A stretch of 64,000 nt of DNA from an uncultured Thermoplasmatales archaeon (GTDB lineage: Archaea; Thermoplasmatota; E2; DHVEG-1): NCBI GenBank assembly GCA_964410735.1, contig CAYPIF010000052.1:7132-71131 (forward strand), written 5' to 3'. Positions 39,136 through 48,758 of the stretch are shown in pieces. The notes beneath the pieces are model-generated. The model had not been told where the DNA came from. It did not search any database and saw only the letters and a list, made by a program, of their open reading frames with translations. Position 1 is the stretch's first letter. Every line of letters starts with the position of its first letter. Made by a program: the position numbers and the translations under genes.

Positions 39136-41622
39136 TCATATGTCAAAGATAAAATCTATTTTGGATGAAAAAACGCCACCATGCGTCCAATTTGTTGCAC
39201 ATGTCTGTTTAATTGCAGCAATTCCTTGTTCCATTTGTAAATTGGTGAAATCTCCTTTTATGGTGCAGCCATCAATTTGAATGGTGTGATCATTGACTTT
39301 TTTTATCTTTGCATCTATAACTGGGGCAAAGATACTTGTATATTCCAGATCATGGGAAAGAACAGATATCTCAAATGGGTCGATACTGATGGTAGGTTTC
39401 CCTTTTGAGATTCCAACATGAATCTGAGCGGTAACCTGATGATACTGTGATTTAGCTGTAAGATTCGCCTCGGTCTGTGAGAGTATATCTATGGAATGTG
39501 AGGTGATATGATCTGAGAAAAAATCTATCGTTTCATCCTTTTTTTTGGTTGGTGGTTTGACTCCGGTGATAGCGTATTTCGCATCCTTTGCGCCTAAGAG
39601 ATATTTCCCTATAGGTCCACGAATTGACATTTTTAATTTTTGTTTTATCTTTTTTGTTTTCTTGTATGGTCCATTGAAAGCAACGGTTATGCCATTGGTT
39701 CCAAGGCTTCCATTCTTTAGAAAGATTATTTTGCATTGCGCTGAATCAAATGAGCAGAGCAGTTCCTTCCCATGATAGATATGTAGCGTATCATCGTCCT
39801 TGTTCATTGTAAACTCTGATTTTTTTGAGAGAATATTTGTTTTAATCTGCTGTTTTTTCTTTCTATCCATCAGTTGGTATGATGCATGCATGAGTTCCAC
39901 TGTTGCAAATGTTTGTTCCATTGGGATTGGCTGCAAGGTTGAGTTGTAGATCGGAAATACCCCTTCGGATAGACCACCCGTCTCTGATATGTATGGAAGA
40001 ACTGAAATGTAACAAAGTCTCGCTAACCGTCCCCAGATGGTATCCTTTGAATACCTTGCTAAACGGAGGAATAAGGATACTACCCATACAGTCTCATAAG
40101 GTGAAACTCGGGGTGTGATCGAATAGGATATTGGGTGAAGTGTGTATGAAAAATGCCAGTGTCTTGTATTATAGGTGTATATCCATGGTGCTAGATACCA
40201 TGCATATATAAATGCTTGATCAAGTAAGGTCTGATCCTTTCTTCTATCATACCCATCGAGAAACGCATGGATGATTGAGACTGCTGAAAACGCCTCTGGT
40301 TCCTGTATGCCAATATCTCTTAATCCATGATAACAGATTGGATAGATGGTTTTAAGTGCTTCAAGCCCGCGTTCTGCAGAATCCTTTATTGATTGATCAT
40401 TAAACACTTCAGATGCGTGCAGTAACGCTCGTACTGATTCTCCTGTTCCACCAGATGTTGTGAATTTTTCAAGTTTTTCTGGTCTAAACTTGATCAGTCC
40501 CTCCTGATGGATTGCCATAGGCCAAGATCCATTCTCTTGTTGGGTGGAAACGATATACTGTATGGTCTTTTGTATCCGATTAAGTAATTTCTCATCAGAG
40601 TTAGTTCTCATATAATTTAGGAGATGATATACTATCGTTGATTGACCACCGGGATAACCTGAGTATCCGCAATCCATGTAGAAGTAACCGGCTAAACCTT
40701 TTTTTGTCAGGTTGGTCATATTATACCAAATCTCGCCCTCGCCCTTTCTTGAAGGGGTTGTAGAGAGATTTGGGTCAAGGAAATGTTTTTTCAGTTCTTG
40801 TCCCCATTTCAAAAAATCCGGGTCCTTGAGTGTTCTATACCATTGGTTAAAATAATCCAATCGTACTGCCTCATACGCTAACAATGAATGGCTGGAATTT
40901 TGAAATGTAAAACCTGGTTCTTCTCTCCAGGGGAGTTGTAAAAATGAACCAGTGATATGATCATATGATCTCCAAAGGGCCTTTTTTGCATGTTGAAATA
41001 TCTTCTCTGGGTCCTGTATTGAAATGGATGTTGGGACATGTGATTCAAAGTATGTTTGAACAATATTTTGCCATGATGTATCATGATATATCTTTGTGTT
41101 AAATCGAAATGTGTCTCCCTTTTTAATTGGAATTGAAATGGTCTCTTTTTTCCCTTTGCCAAGCCATGCGTACGGTTTTGTTTTAATATCATAGGCTGAA
41201 AAAATTGAAAATGATATGACAAAATGATCCTCTCCCGCCTCAAGACTTATGAATGGATAGATCTCTGTATCATTGAAATGAATGACCGGGTCAAATGAGA
41301 TACCTATACATGAGTCATTGTACTGTAATATGAAAAGAGGTGTTTTTGCGTAAAGAGTTGAACGGTGAATAACTCCATCCTTCTTTATATCAAGTATTTT
41401 GAAGGTATAATATGTGGAAAAAGGATAAGGCAAAGAGATATCTTGTTGAAATGTGAAATGTGTTTTTGTATACCACATCCCACCAATGAAACTGTACTTT
41501 AACACCTTCTTCTTGATTTTGAATCTTTTTAATAGAAAAACTGATTTTACACTTTTTACCGTGTACGTGTTGTTTTGTATCGAAAACGCGTCATCCGTCT
41601 CTTCTTTCACCATACGTATCAA
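39136..41622 (-). CDS. Hypothetical protein with probable central (alpha/alpha)6-barrel
   Basis: 828-aa ORF within the operon; helical-hairpin motifs IQYIVSTQQENGSW, LLHASEVFNDQSIKDSAER and DGYDRRKDQTLLDQA. Confidence 0.6.
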   Translation of the reverse strand: MIRMVKEETDDAFSIQNNTYTVKSVKSVFLLKRFKIKKKVLKYSFIGGMWYTKTHFTFQQDISLPYPFSTYYTFKILDIKKDGVIHRSTLYAKTPLFILQYNDSCIGISFDPVIHFNDTEIYPFISLEAGEDHFVISFSIFSAYDIKTKPYAWLGKGKKETISIPIKKGDTFRFNTKIYHDTSWQNIVQTYFESHVPTSISIQDPEKIFQHAKKALWRSYDHITGSFLQLPWREEPGFTFQNSSHSLLAYEAVRLDYFNQWYRTLKDPDFLKWGQELKKHFLDPNLSTTPSRKGEGEIWYNMTNLTKKGLAGYFYMDCGYSGYPGGQSTIVYHLLNYMRTNSDEKLLNRIQKTIQYIVSTQQENGSWPMAIHQEGLIKFRPEKLEKFTTSGGTGESVRALLHASEVFNDQSIKDSAERGLEALKTIYPICYHGLRDIGIQEPEAFSAVSIIHAFLDGYDRRKDQTLLDQAFIYAWYLAPWIYTYNTRHWHFSYTLHPISYSITPRVSPYETVWVVSLFLRLARYSKDTIWGRLARLCYISVLPYISETGGLSEGVFPIYNSTLQPIPMEQTFATVELMHASYQLMDRKKKQQIKTNILSKKSEFTMNKDDDTLHIYHGKELLCSFDSAQCKIIFLKNGSLGTNGITVAFNGPYKKTKKIKQKLKMSIRGPIGKYLLGAKDAKYAITGVKPPTKKKDETIDFFSDHITSHSIDILSQTEANLTAKSQYHQVTAQIHVGISKGKPTISIDPFEISVLSHDLEYTSIFAPVIDAKIKKVNDHTIQIDGCTIKGDFTNLQMEQGIAAIKQTCATNWTHGGVFSSKIDFIFDI

Positions 41623-41627
41623 TTGAT

Positions 41628-42596
41628 TTAGGAATGAGACATTTTTTCATAAAGTTTTACATGTTGTTTCGCAGTTTCTTTGATATCATATTTCTTGGCA
41701 TCCTTTGTTTTTTGTTTGTAGGCTGAAAGATTTTTTTCATCAAGCGTATCCGAATTGATCTCATTGATGTCGTCATAGTAATACAGCATATCTGAGAACG
41801 CTTCGGTAAATTCCTCTGTTCGACGAGAGATCATAGGTAGTTCCATGGAAAGCGCCTCAAGCATAACGATGGAATGTCCCTCTGCATATGATGGCATTAA
41901 AAACACGTCTGCGCCAGAGTAGACCTCGAAGATATCCTCCACAAAACCAGGGAATATTGCATTTTTCGGCCGATGTTCAATTGCTTTTGATACCTTTCGA
42001 AAATCCTTTGAGAACAGACCATATGGGAATCCTCCAACCCATAGAAAGGTGTGTTCTGGAAATCGTTTTGCGAGAGCTAAAAAATCATAAATTCCTTTTC
42101 GTGGTGTTCGTTGTGCAACGGTGAGGATAACAAGTTCGTTCGTATCAATATCATGTATATCCCGAAATCGTTTTCGCTTTTTTCCATCAGGTTTGAATTT
42201 TTCGAGATCAATGCCGTTATAGATTGTTGTAACTGATGGTTTACATCCAATTTCTTTTAATTCCCTTTCGCACTTCTTTGAAACAGAGATGATCTGGTCG
42301 AATTGATTGTAGATGGGCACATATAACCAATTCACAAGATCGGGAAATGCAAGATTGCCCTCGTTAAGATGCGGTGTTGAATGAGCAGTGATCACTGTTT
42401 TATTCTTGAATCGTTTCAAATAGAGTAATGATTTCGGTCCGAAGGTATGAAGATGGCAGATGTCGTAGTCCAGTGAAGGATCATTATAGGAAATATCAAT
42501 AGATTTTGATAGTTCCCTGTAGAGATTTTTTGCAGCAGTGGCACAACCAAGATATTGCAATGGCCCGCTATCTTCAACAATAAAATTTATGTTCAT
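41628..42596 (-). CDS. GT4 glycosyltransferase
   Basis: IYNGIDL, RKGIYDF, ADVFLMPSYAEGHSIVMLEA. Confidence 0.92.
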   Translation of the reverse strand: MNINFIVEDSGPLQYLGCATAAKNLYRELSKSIDISYNDPSLDYDICHLHTFGPKSLLYLKRFKNKTVITAHSTPHLNEGNLAFPDLVNWLYVPIYNQFDQIISVSKKCERELKEIGCKPSVTTIYNGIDLEKFKPDGKKRKRFRDIHDIDTNELVILTVAQRTPRKGIYDFLALAKRFPEHTFLWVGGFPYGLFSKDFRKVSKAIEHRPKNAIFPGFVEDIFEVYSGADVFLMPSYAEGHSIVMLEALSMELPMISRRTEEFTEAFSDMLYYYDDINEINSDTLDEKNLSAYKQKTKDAKKYDIKETAKQHVKLYEKMSHS

Positions 42597-42638
42597 ACTT
42601 CCTTCCTTTCAGCAGTCTCATCGTTTCTGGAAACAGTA

Positions 42639-44420
42639 TCATGTTATCTGCGAAAAATTAACCCGGTAGACCTCGATCCAATGTTCTTCTATCTGTTGAT
42701 CGTTCATTGTTGCATTTCTATAGATCATTTCAAAAGGAGGTTTTTTGAATTTATCATATGAATTGTTTGTAAAATGATAGTAATGGCCAACATCCACGTT
42801 AATAACTTTATCAAACATGATATCATCAATGATTATGTGGGTGATATTTAATCGCTGTATCTCTAAGAGACATGCAGAGCTATTGTTCGCAGTCCATACG
42901 TTCATTGTAATGTTATCCTCACCAAGAGGTATATTGAAATCTGCAGCCCATGCAAGCATTGAGATACGGTGATCTGATGCGATGACACTTATATTACTAA
43001 TATTACCTTGCATCCACTCAATACAGTTTATACAGTTCGTTGAAACCCGTTCATCAATGTGATCTAATGAGTCAATTGTTGGATATGCAACAATCATGTT
43101 GGAGACAAACAGGAGAATGATACTACCGATGAGAACGATTTTTTTCTTACTATGGATGAATTTAGAGGGAGTATATGATCTGAACAGGCTCATTTTCCTG
43201 CTGTCCTTGTATTCGTTGATGAACTCATTAAGGGTTAATGCTGCGGGAATGCACAGTGGTACAATAAGATACTCGAGATGCCGATCTGGGAAGAGTTCAC
43301 CTGAAACGATTGCATATAAAAATGAAAGGGATATCCCCATGATCCATCCTTTAATGAACATATGTCCTTTTTGTGAAGGGAGCAATGAAAAACCTGCAAC
43401 GGCAAAGCTTACGAGAAAAATCATGGGTATCGATAAAAGGATAGCTATGGGTGGTAATGTAGCATCCAAACCTCGTAAACCGGTGAATGAAACGGTGATG
43501 GAGAGGACGCTGATAAGGATGAACATGATAAGAATAGTTTTCTCCTTTGAATAGTTACTAAATAGGTGGAAATCGAGGAATTGAGGATATTGCTGTTTCC
43601 AAAATCTGATGAAAAGAACTCCTCCAAAAATGAATGCGTAGAAGAGGAGTATTACAACTGTTGGTGGAAGAAACATCTTTTTTGTGAAAAAATTAAAGAC
43701 CGGTGTTGCTATAAAACCCCAATAGGAAAATGCAATGGTTGCTGCTAGACCAATGTAGAACAGAAGAGGATAAAGATGTTGAGGTTTCACATGTTTTTCC
43801 ATCGTGTGATAAAATAGCATGAATGTTATACTTATTAGGTAGAAATATGTGGTAAAATGATGTGAAAGGATAAGCAGGATGGTTGAAACAAGTAACGGTA
43901 AAAGATATTTTTGGTCCCTGATGTACTTAATAAAGAAATATATTGATAGCATCATGAACAAGTGCCCAACGGTCAAGGGTGCTGCATGACTTGTTTGATA
44001 TACATGAAAGGTAGAAACAGATAGCAATGCTGATGCAAGTAACGCGATTTTTTTATCTCCTATGAGCTCTTTAACAATGAAATAGAAGATAGGTATGGTA
44101 AGGCCTCCGATGATTGGCGCGATCTTGGGCATTAACTGGATGACCTCGATACCGGTAACCCAATGCAGTAGACCCGTTATTGTGTAAAGAACTGGGAAAT
44201 ATTGATATGATGAACCCCATCCATCATAAAAATTAATCAGCTCTTTGGTCTGAAGAAACGAGTTTGTAAGGCCATAATATATCCCAAAATCCACGCCCCA
44301 TGCAGCATTAAAAAGCGATGGGAGCATTCGCAGGAATATACCTATAGCTGCGATTATCATTAACCAGAAGATCCAATGATGAACAACCAATGATAGTTTC
44401 CCCGAATGATTCCAATTCAT
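42639..44420 (-). CDS. Polytopic membrane protein, GT-C / PMT-like glycosyltransferase candidate
   Basis: LRM...WGVDFG.Y first loop, many TM segments, HHFTT, DRHLEY and a soluble C-terminal domain. Confidence 0.65.
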   Translation of the reverse strand: MNWNHSGKLSLVVHHWIFWLMIIAAIGIFLRMLPSLFNAAWGVDFGIYYGLTNSFLQTKELINFYDGWGSSYQYFPVLYTITGLLHWVTGIEVIQLMPKIAPIIGGLTIPIFYFIVKELIGDKKIALLASALLSVSTFHVYQTSHAAPLTVGHLFMMLSIYFFIKYIRDQKYLLPLLVSTILLILSHHFTTYFYLISITFMLFYHTMEKHVKPQHLYPLLFYIGLAATIAFSYWGFIATPVFNFFTKKMFLPPTVVILLFYAFIFGGVLFIRFWKQQYPQFLDFHLFSNYSKEKTILIMFILISVLSITVSFTGLRGLDATLPPIAILLSIPMIFLVSFAVAGFSLLPSQKGHMFIKGWIMGISLSFLYAIVSGELFPDRHLEYLIVPLCIPAALTLNEFINEYKDSRKMSLFRSYTPSKFIHSKKKIVLIGSIILLFVSNMIVAYPTIDSLDHIDERVSTNCINCIEWMQGNISNISVIASDHRISMLAWAADFNIPLGEDNITMNVWTANNSSACLLEIQRLNITHIIIDDIMFDKVINVDVGHYYHFTNNSYDKFKKPPFEMIYRNATMNDQQIEEHWIEVYRVNFSQIT

Positions 44421-44498
44421 CCCTTTACACCTTGATACTGACCGGCATAGCTTTTAGTGCTCTCGAGATATTCTTTATTGTTTAAATGGGTTTGGGTT

Positions 44499-45566
44499 CT
44501 ATGTAAAAATGATGTTCATAACGTTCTCGACTGCATCTTCAACACTTTTCTTTGCAGAAAATCCTATCGTTTTTTCCGCATGAACAATATCTCTTTTTAG
44601 ATTGATTGTATCTTGATGAACTGTGTAGCATGTGTTTTTTTCTTTGTGATACTCTGCAAGATATTCCTGCTCGATTTGACCAGGTGTGGGAATCATTAGG
44701 GCTTTACAACCTATTACTGCAAGATCAAGTATCGTTGAATAACCACTGCGGGAGATAACCAGTTTTGTTTTGTTCAGAAGATGCTCACGGTCCTCTTTAG
44801 ACAGATAGGTGAATGTCGTAATATTTTCATTTGTTATTTTTTCCGCCTGTTCAGTTTTTCCAAGAGTGATAACAATATTACCTGAAAGATCATGTATCTG
44901 GGAAAGTACCTTTTCCTCTAAGATCGATCGCTGAGGTTCTGGGCCCGAAAGACTGATAAGATAATCGATATCCTTTTTCAACTTCTTCTTTTTAAAATCA
45001 GAAAGTACTCCCACGTAATGAATTTTCTTTTCATCGATCTTATGAAGGTTATGTGAGAGATCTCCAGAAAGATCATCTGTTTCATAATCCGGGATGAGTA
45101 TCTCTTTGAACCGTTTAAAGAAGAACATGTTGAAAGTTTCACTTCCTTTTTCGAACATTTCAAATCTCATAGGGTTCATGATCCTCATTTGATGAGATAT
45201 GAAAAATGAGGGGATTGATTTACTGTACATATCATATCGTCCATCTGAGATGATCCTATCGCAGGAAGTTTTTCTCAATAGCTTTGTCAATTGCTGAAGA
45301 CCAGATTCCATTCTCTGGATGAACAGTGGCCAGTAGACCATGCTTTTCGCGATGAACTGTTGTTTGTTCTCTGAGACAAGTAATGGATAATCGGGTATAT
45401 CCACAAATGAGACACTATCGCCAAGCTCATTTTGCAGCAGTGTTAAAGCCCGGTCATGAGATATGATTGTTAACTCATGTCCCTCATGTATAAGTCTTCG
45501 AATGACGGGCAGTGATCTTGTAGCATGACCCAGGCCCCATGAGCACAGAGCATAAATGATTTTCAT
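44499..45566 (-). CDS. GT28 / MJ1255-like glycosyltransferase
   Basis: WGLGHATRS, ISRSGYSTI, IPTPGQIEQ. Confidence 0.88.
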   Translation of the reverse strand: MKIIYALCSWGLGHATRSLPVIRRLIHEGHELTIISHDRALTLLQNELGDSVSFVDIPDYPLLVSENKQQFIAKSMVYWPLFIQRMESGLQQLTKLLRKTSCDRIISDGRYDMYSKSIPSFFISHQMRIMNPMRFEMFEKGSETFNMFFFKRFKEILIPDYETDDLSGDLSHNLHKIDEKKIHYVGVLSDFKKKKLKKDIDYLISLSGPEPQRSILEEKVLSQIHDLSGNIVITLGKTEQAEKITNENITTFTYLSKEDREHLLNKTKLVISRSGYSTILDLAVIGCKALMIPTPGQIEQEYLAEYHKEKNTCYTVHQDTINLKRDIVHAEKTIGFSAKKSVEDAVENVMNIIFT

Positions 45567-45657
45567 ACCGTAGGTGTATTTCTTCGTACATTAAAAAAAT
45601 ACCGAGATAGCAAGCTTTTTAGAATCATATTTGATGCATTTTGAACGAGGACATCTT

Positions 45658-46470
45658 ATGGATTTCATCAAAAAATTAGAAACAATATCTAGAAAACATA
45701 ACAGTCTTGTGTGTGTGGGTCTTGATATTGATAAGGAAAAGATGCCACAACATCTTTTTAAAACAAGTGAGCAGCCCTATCTTGAGTTTAACAAAGCACT
45801 CGTTGATGAGACCATGGATATCGTTTGCGCATACAAGCTCAATATGGCATTCTATGAAGCATTAGGTGATAGAGGATATAGTGTTTTACAAAAAACCATT
45901 GAGCATATTCCAAAAGAGATCGTCGTCATCCTTGATGGAAAAAGAAATGATATTGGTAACACAGCAAAGAAATATGCACAGAACCTGTTTGAACAACTTC
46001 ATGCCGATGGTATTACGGTGAATCCATATCTAGGATTTGATGGTGTTAAACCATTCTTGGAATACAAAGAAAAATGTAGTTTCATTCTTTGCAGGACATC
46101 AAATTCATCTGCTGTTGATTTTCAGGATCTTCAGAGTGATGGAAAACCCTTGTATGTGCATGTTGCTGAAAAGGTGAAACTCTGGCAGAAAACAGGGGCG
46201 TGTGGTGTTGTGGTAGGTGCAACCTATCCTGAAGAACTAAAGGTCATTCGAAAGATTTTAGGGGATAACGTTCCTTTTTTGATCCCGGGTATAGGGAAAC
46301 AAGGCGGAGATATCAAAAAAACAGTTGAATTTGGTTGTAACTCTAAAAAGGAACTTGCTGTTATTAATTCATCCAGAGGTATTATCTATGCTGGCTCGGG
46401 GAAGGATTTTGCTCAGAAAGCAAGAGATGAGACGATCCTTCTCAATGATCGGATCAATAGCTACCGATGA
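45658..46470 (+). CDS. pyrF: Orotidine-5'-phosphate decarboxylase
   Basis: CVGLD, KLNMAFYE, DGKRNDIGNT, RTSN, VVGATYP, LIPGIGKQGG, NSSRGI. Confidence 0.95.
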   Translation: MDFIKKLETISRKHNSLVCVGLDIDKEKMPQHLFKTSEQPYLEFNKALVDETMDIVCAYKLNMAFYEALGDRGYSVLQKTIEHIPKEIVVILDGKRNDIGNTAKKYAQNLFEQLHADGITVNPYLGFDGVKPFLEYKEKCSFILCRTSNSSAVDFQDLQSDGKPLYVHVAEKVKLWQKTGACGVVVGATYPEELKVIRKILGDNVPFLIPGIGKQGGDIKKTVEFGCNSKKELAVINSSRGIIYAGSGKDFAQKARDETILLNDRINSYR

Positions 46471-46522
46471 TGCCTATCATTTTACCATAACACATATTAA
46501 CTGCTTTCTTCTATAGATAAAA

Positions 46523-46771
46523 TACCCTGATCCGAAGAGCTTCATGATAGGATGATTGAAGCGGCAAAATCAGGGTAACATTCCTGAAGTCACAAGAGTC
46601 CCTCCTTGATCTATCAGACGAAAAGTCAAGAGGTGATATGGAGGACAACCATGACGTCAGAGAACTGTCGCGATAGGTATGTTGACCTTGGTCACCTGCT
46701 GCTTATTGTGGCCTCTGTTGATGTTCCACCCAGCAACTCTGTTTTTTTGTTGTTGGGTGACAGCGACAATT
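46523..46771 (+). ncRNA. Putative multi-hairpin box H/ACA guide RNA (K-loop / K-turn containing)
   Basis: Hairpin 1: stem 46523-31/46569-77, pocket, stem 46539-44/46557-62, K-loop UGA...UGAU, ACA at 46578. Hairpin 2: stem 46584-92/46652-60, pocket, CCTCC/GGAGG, K-turn, AGA at 46661. A weaker third domain ends with ACA at 46766. Confidence 0.62.
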
Positions 46772-46830
46772 TTTCCTTGATATGGTTACCAGGAATGCGT
46801 AATGAAAAGCTACACCATATCTTACGATAA

Positions 46831-46893
46831 GAAAGAAAAAAAGAGTTCCTTCGTATATTCATGAAGGAGTTTAGACCTGGTCTTTATTTTTTT
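46831..46893. terminator. Putative bidirectional terminator region
   Basis: An A-tract (minus-strand U-tract) and a T-tract flank a TCCTTC/GAAGGA hairpin between convergent transcription units. Confidence 0.35.
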
Positions 46894-48476
46894 TAGCTCC
46901 ATGGCCAGAGATGGTACCATTGACCTTGGATGTATACTTCGATGAGCATTGAATTGAAATCGATGTTCCCTGTTGTGTTTACATTCCACTCACTTGGCGG
47001 CCATACTGTCCAATCTAAACGGAAATCCTCTGCTTTGAATGTTTCAGCAACGGTTCGAATTCCTGCATCACTCCCATGGATAAGAAGGTCCATTTGGTTC
47101 AATGATTGCCAGTTGGTATCATAAGAGAGGTATCCGGTGATATCTGTTAACCATGAAATGTGGATATCCTCGGCAACTGGTTGTGCATCGAGTTTTGCCA
47201 CCCATACACCAATAATGAATGAAAGGTTGATGTGGAACGATGGGTTCTTTATGATTCGTAGATCACCTGGATCCGTAAAGTTCCAGAATGCGGTCATATC
47301 TACATCAGTTACCCCGAATATGGATAGATCGATTGTTGGTTCATCGAGGGAATCAAGGATATGTATATCTGTCCCATCAGAGTCAATTTCAAGATGATAC
47401 CAACCATTTTCTTTTACAGGTTTCCATTCTGCAAAGAGCATCCGGGGAGTGTTTTTGATGATAGCATATTTACATGTCCCCAGTTCATCTGTTTGTATTT
47501 GGACGTTGGTTTCATACATTGACTCACTGGCATAATATACGCTACCTCCCTCTGATGAAAATGGTGTCAACATCAATGAAAAAGAAATTGTTCGTGGGAA
47601 CCTATCAAATGTTATGATTGTTTCTTTTGTCTCAGAGGATGTTGTTTTTCTAAGTGCCATGGTGACAATGGTGTTGTAATCGGTCGTTCTGGTTAATTCA
47701 TAGTTCCATTCTCCAGGATTCCTTGTCGAAGTTATTGTTATATCTGTTTTTGTTGGCGGGTCAAATGTGAAGTAGTTGTTATGTTGTGTGTTCTCATCTT
47801 CCAAATGGTATGAGCTGAAGAACACGAGTTTTTTATTTTGTATGTCTGATGAGTACGTCGGGGTCATTGATACTGTTACACCTTTTGAACCGTCCGCGAT
47901 GTTTAGGAAAATACGTAAGGAGAGTTGAATGTTTGTTGGTATCTCATTTCCAATGGCCTGTGGTGACCAGTATCCAACGGAGAGTATGTCTTTTCCAAGA
48001 GTTGCTGTGAGGTTGAAATCGTTCGATTTTATTTCCTCCCCAATGCGTTGAATGTTAATACTGAATTCTAAACCGATGAGGGGGTCTGTGTCGATTTCAA
48101 GCCAGGGTAAAATATAATATTGAACTCGGATATCTTTACCGTTTATACCGTTGGTCTCATCACCATCAACGTCAAGATCATTGGTGATTCCAAATACGAT
48201 ATCGGATGATTTTTCAAGACCTGAGCATGATGTTTGAATGGTACTAGTAAGCAAATCAGACAGGTCAATTGGTGTGGTCAATGTGAAAAGATTTCTCATT
48301 GTATTTTTAGACGAATGTTCCTCTGTAGATGGTCGTGTCTTTTGTTCTACTACCTTATTTGAATATAGAGTATTTTTATTATGTGCCGCCTGGGATGCAT
48401 AAACGCTCATGGTAAACGAACTTATCAACAATATAGAAACTAAAATTACTGCCCCTGTCATCCTTTTTTGGTTCAT
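46893..48476 (-). CDS. Secreted beta-rich hypothetical protein
   Basis: Signal peptide, DVDGDETNG Ca-binding-like loop, Thr/Ser/Trp-rich sequence; GAGGTGA RBS. Confidence 0.75.
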   Translation of the reverse strand: MNQKRMTGAVILVSILLISSFTMSVYASQAAHNKNTLYSNKVVEQKTRPSTEEHSSKNTMRNLFTLTTPIDLSDLLTSTIQTSCSGLEKSSDIVFGITNDLDVDGDETNGINGKDIRVQYYILPWLEIDTDPLIGLEFSINIQRIGEEIKSNDFNLTATLGKDILSVGYWSPQAIGNEIPTNIQLSLRIFLNIADGSKGVTVSMTPTYSSDIQNKKLVFFSSYHLEDENTQHNNYFTFDPPTKTDITITSTRNPGEWNYELTRTTDYNTIVTMALRKTTSSETKETIITFDRFPRTISFSLMLTPFSSEGGSVYYASESMYETNVQIQTDELGTCKYAIIKNTPRMLFAEWKPVKENGWYHLEIDSDGTDIHILDSLDEPTIDLSIFGVTDVDMTAFWNFTDPGDLRIIKNPSFHINLSFIIGVWVAKLDAQPVAEDIHISWLTDITGYLSYDTNWQSLNQMDLLIHGSDAGIRTVAETFKAEDFRLDWTVWPPSEWNVNTTGNIDFNSMLIEVYIQGQWYHLWPWS

Positions 48477-48758
48477 AGAATACTCACCTCTTCTATAGCA
48501 ATAATACTATTTGTCGCTCCCATCTTATATTACTTTCGAGCATTTGAGTGTATCTATTCGTTGATAGACGAATTTTTTTAAGCGATTTACTTATACACTC
48601 CACCTTATAACGACACTTTTTCTTTCTATATATCGGTGAGTATACACTTTTTTTGAGAGGTTACTCATGAAGTTGATAGTAATCAAATGATGACCAAAAG
48701 AATTTAAATATTAAATCATATATGATATTAATATAAGAATAGGGGGCAATAATGAATT

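Noticed and set aside
46606..46830. 74-aa ORF overlapping the structured region
   Set aside because: TTG start and no recognisable motif; the extensive base-pairing and K-turn motifs are better explained by an RNA gene.
46500..46830. RNase P RNA, SRP RNA, SECIS, self-splicing intron or known riboswitch
   Set aside because: None of their hallmark motifs (GAGGAAA.UCC, the SRP helix-8 CAGG..GGAA..AGCA, group I P/Q/R/S, etc.) are visible on either strand.
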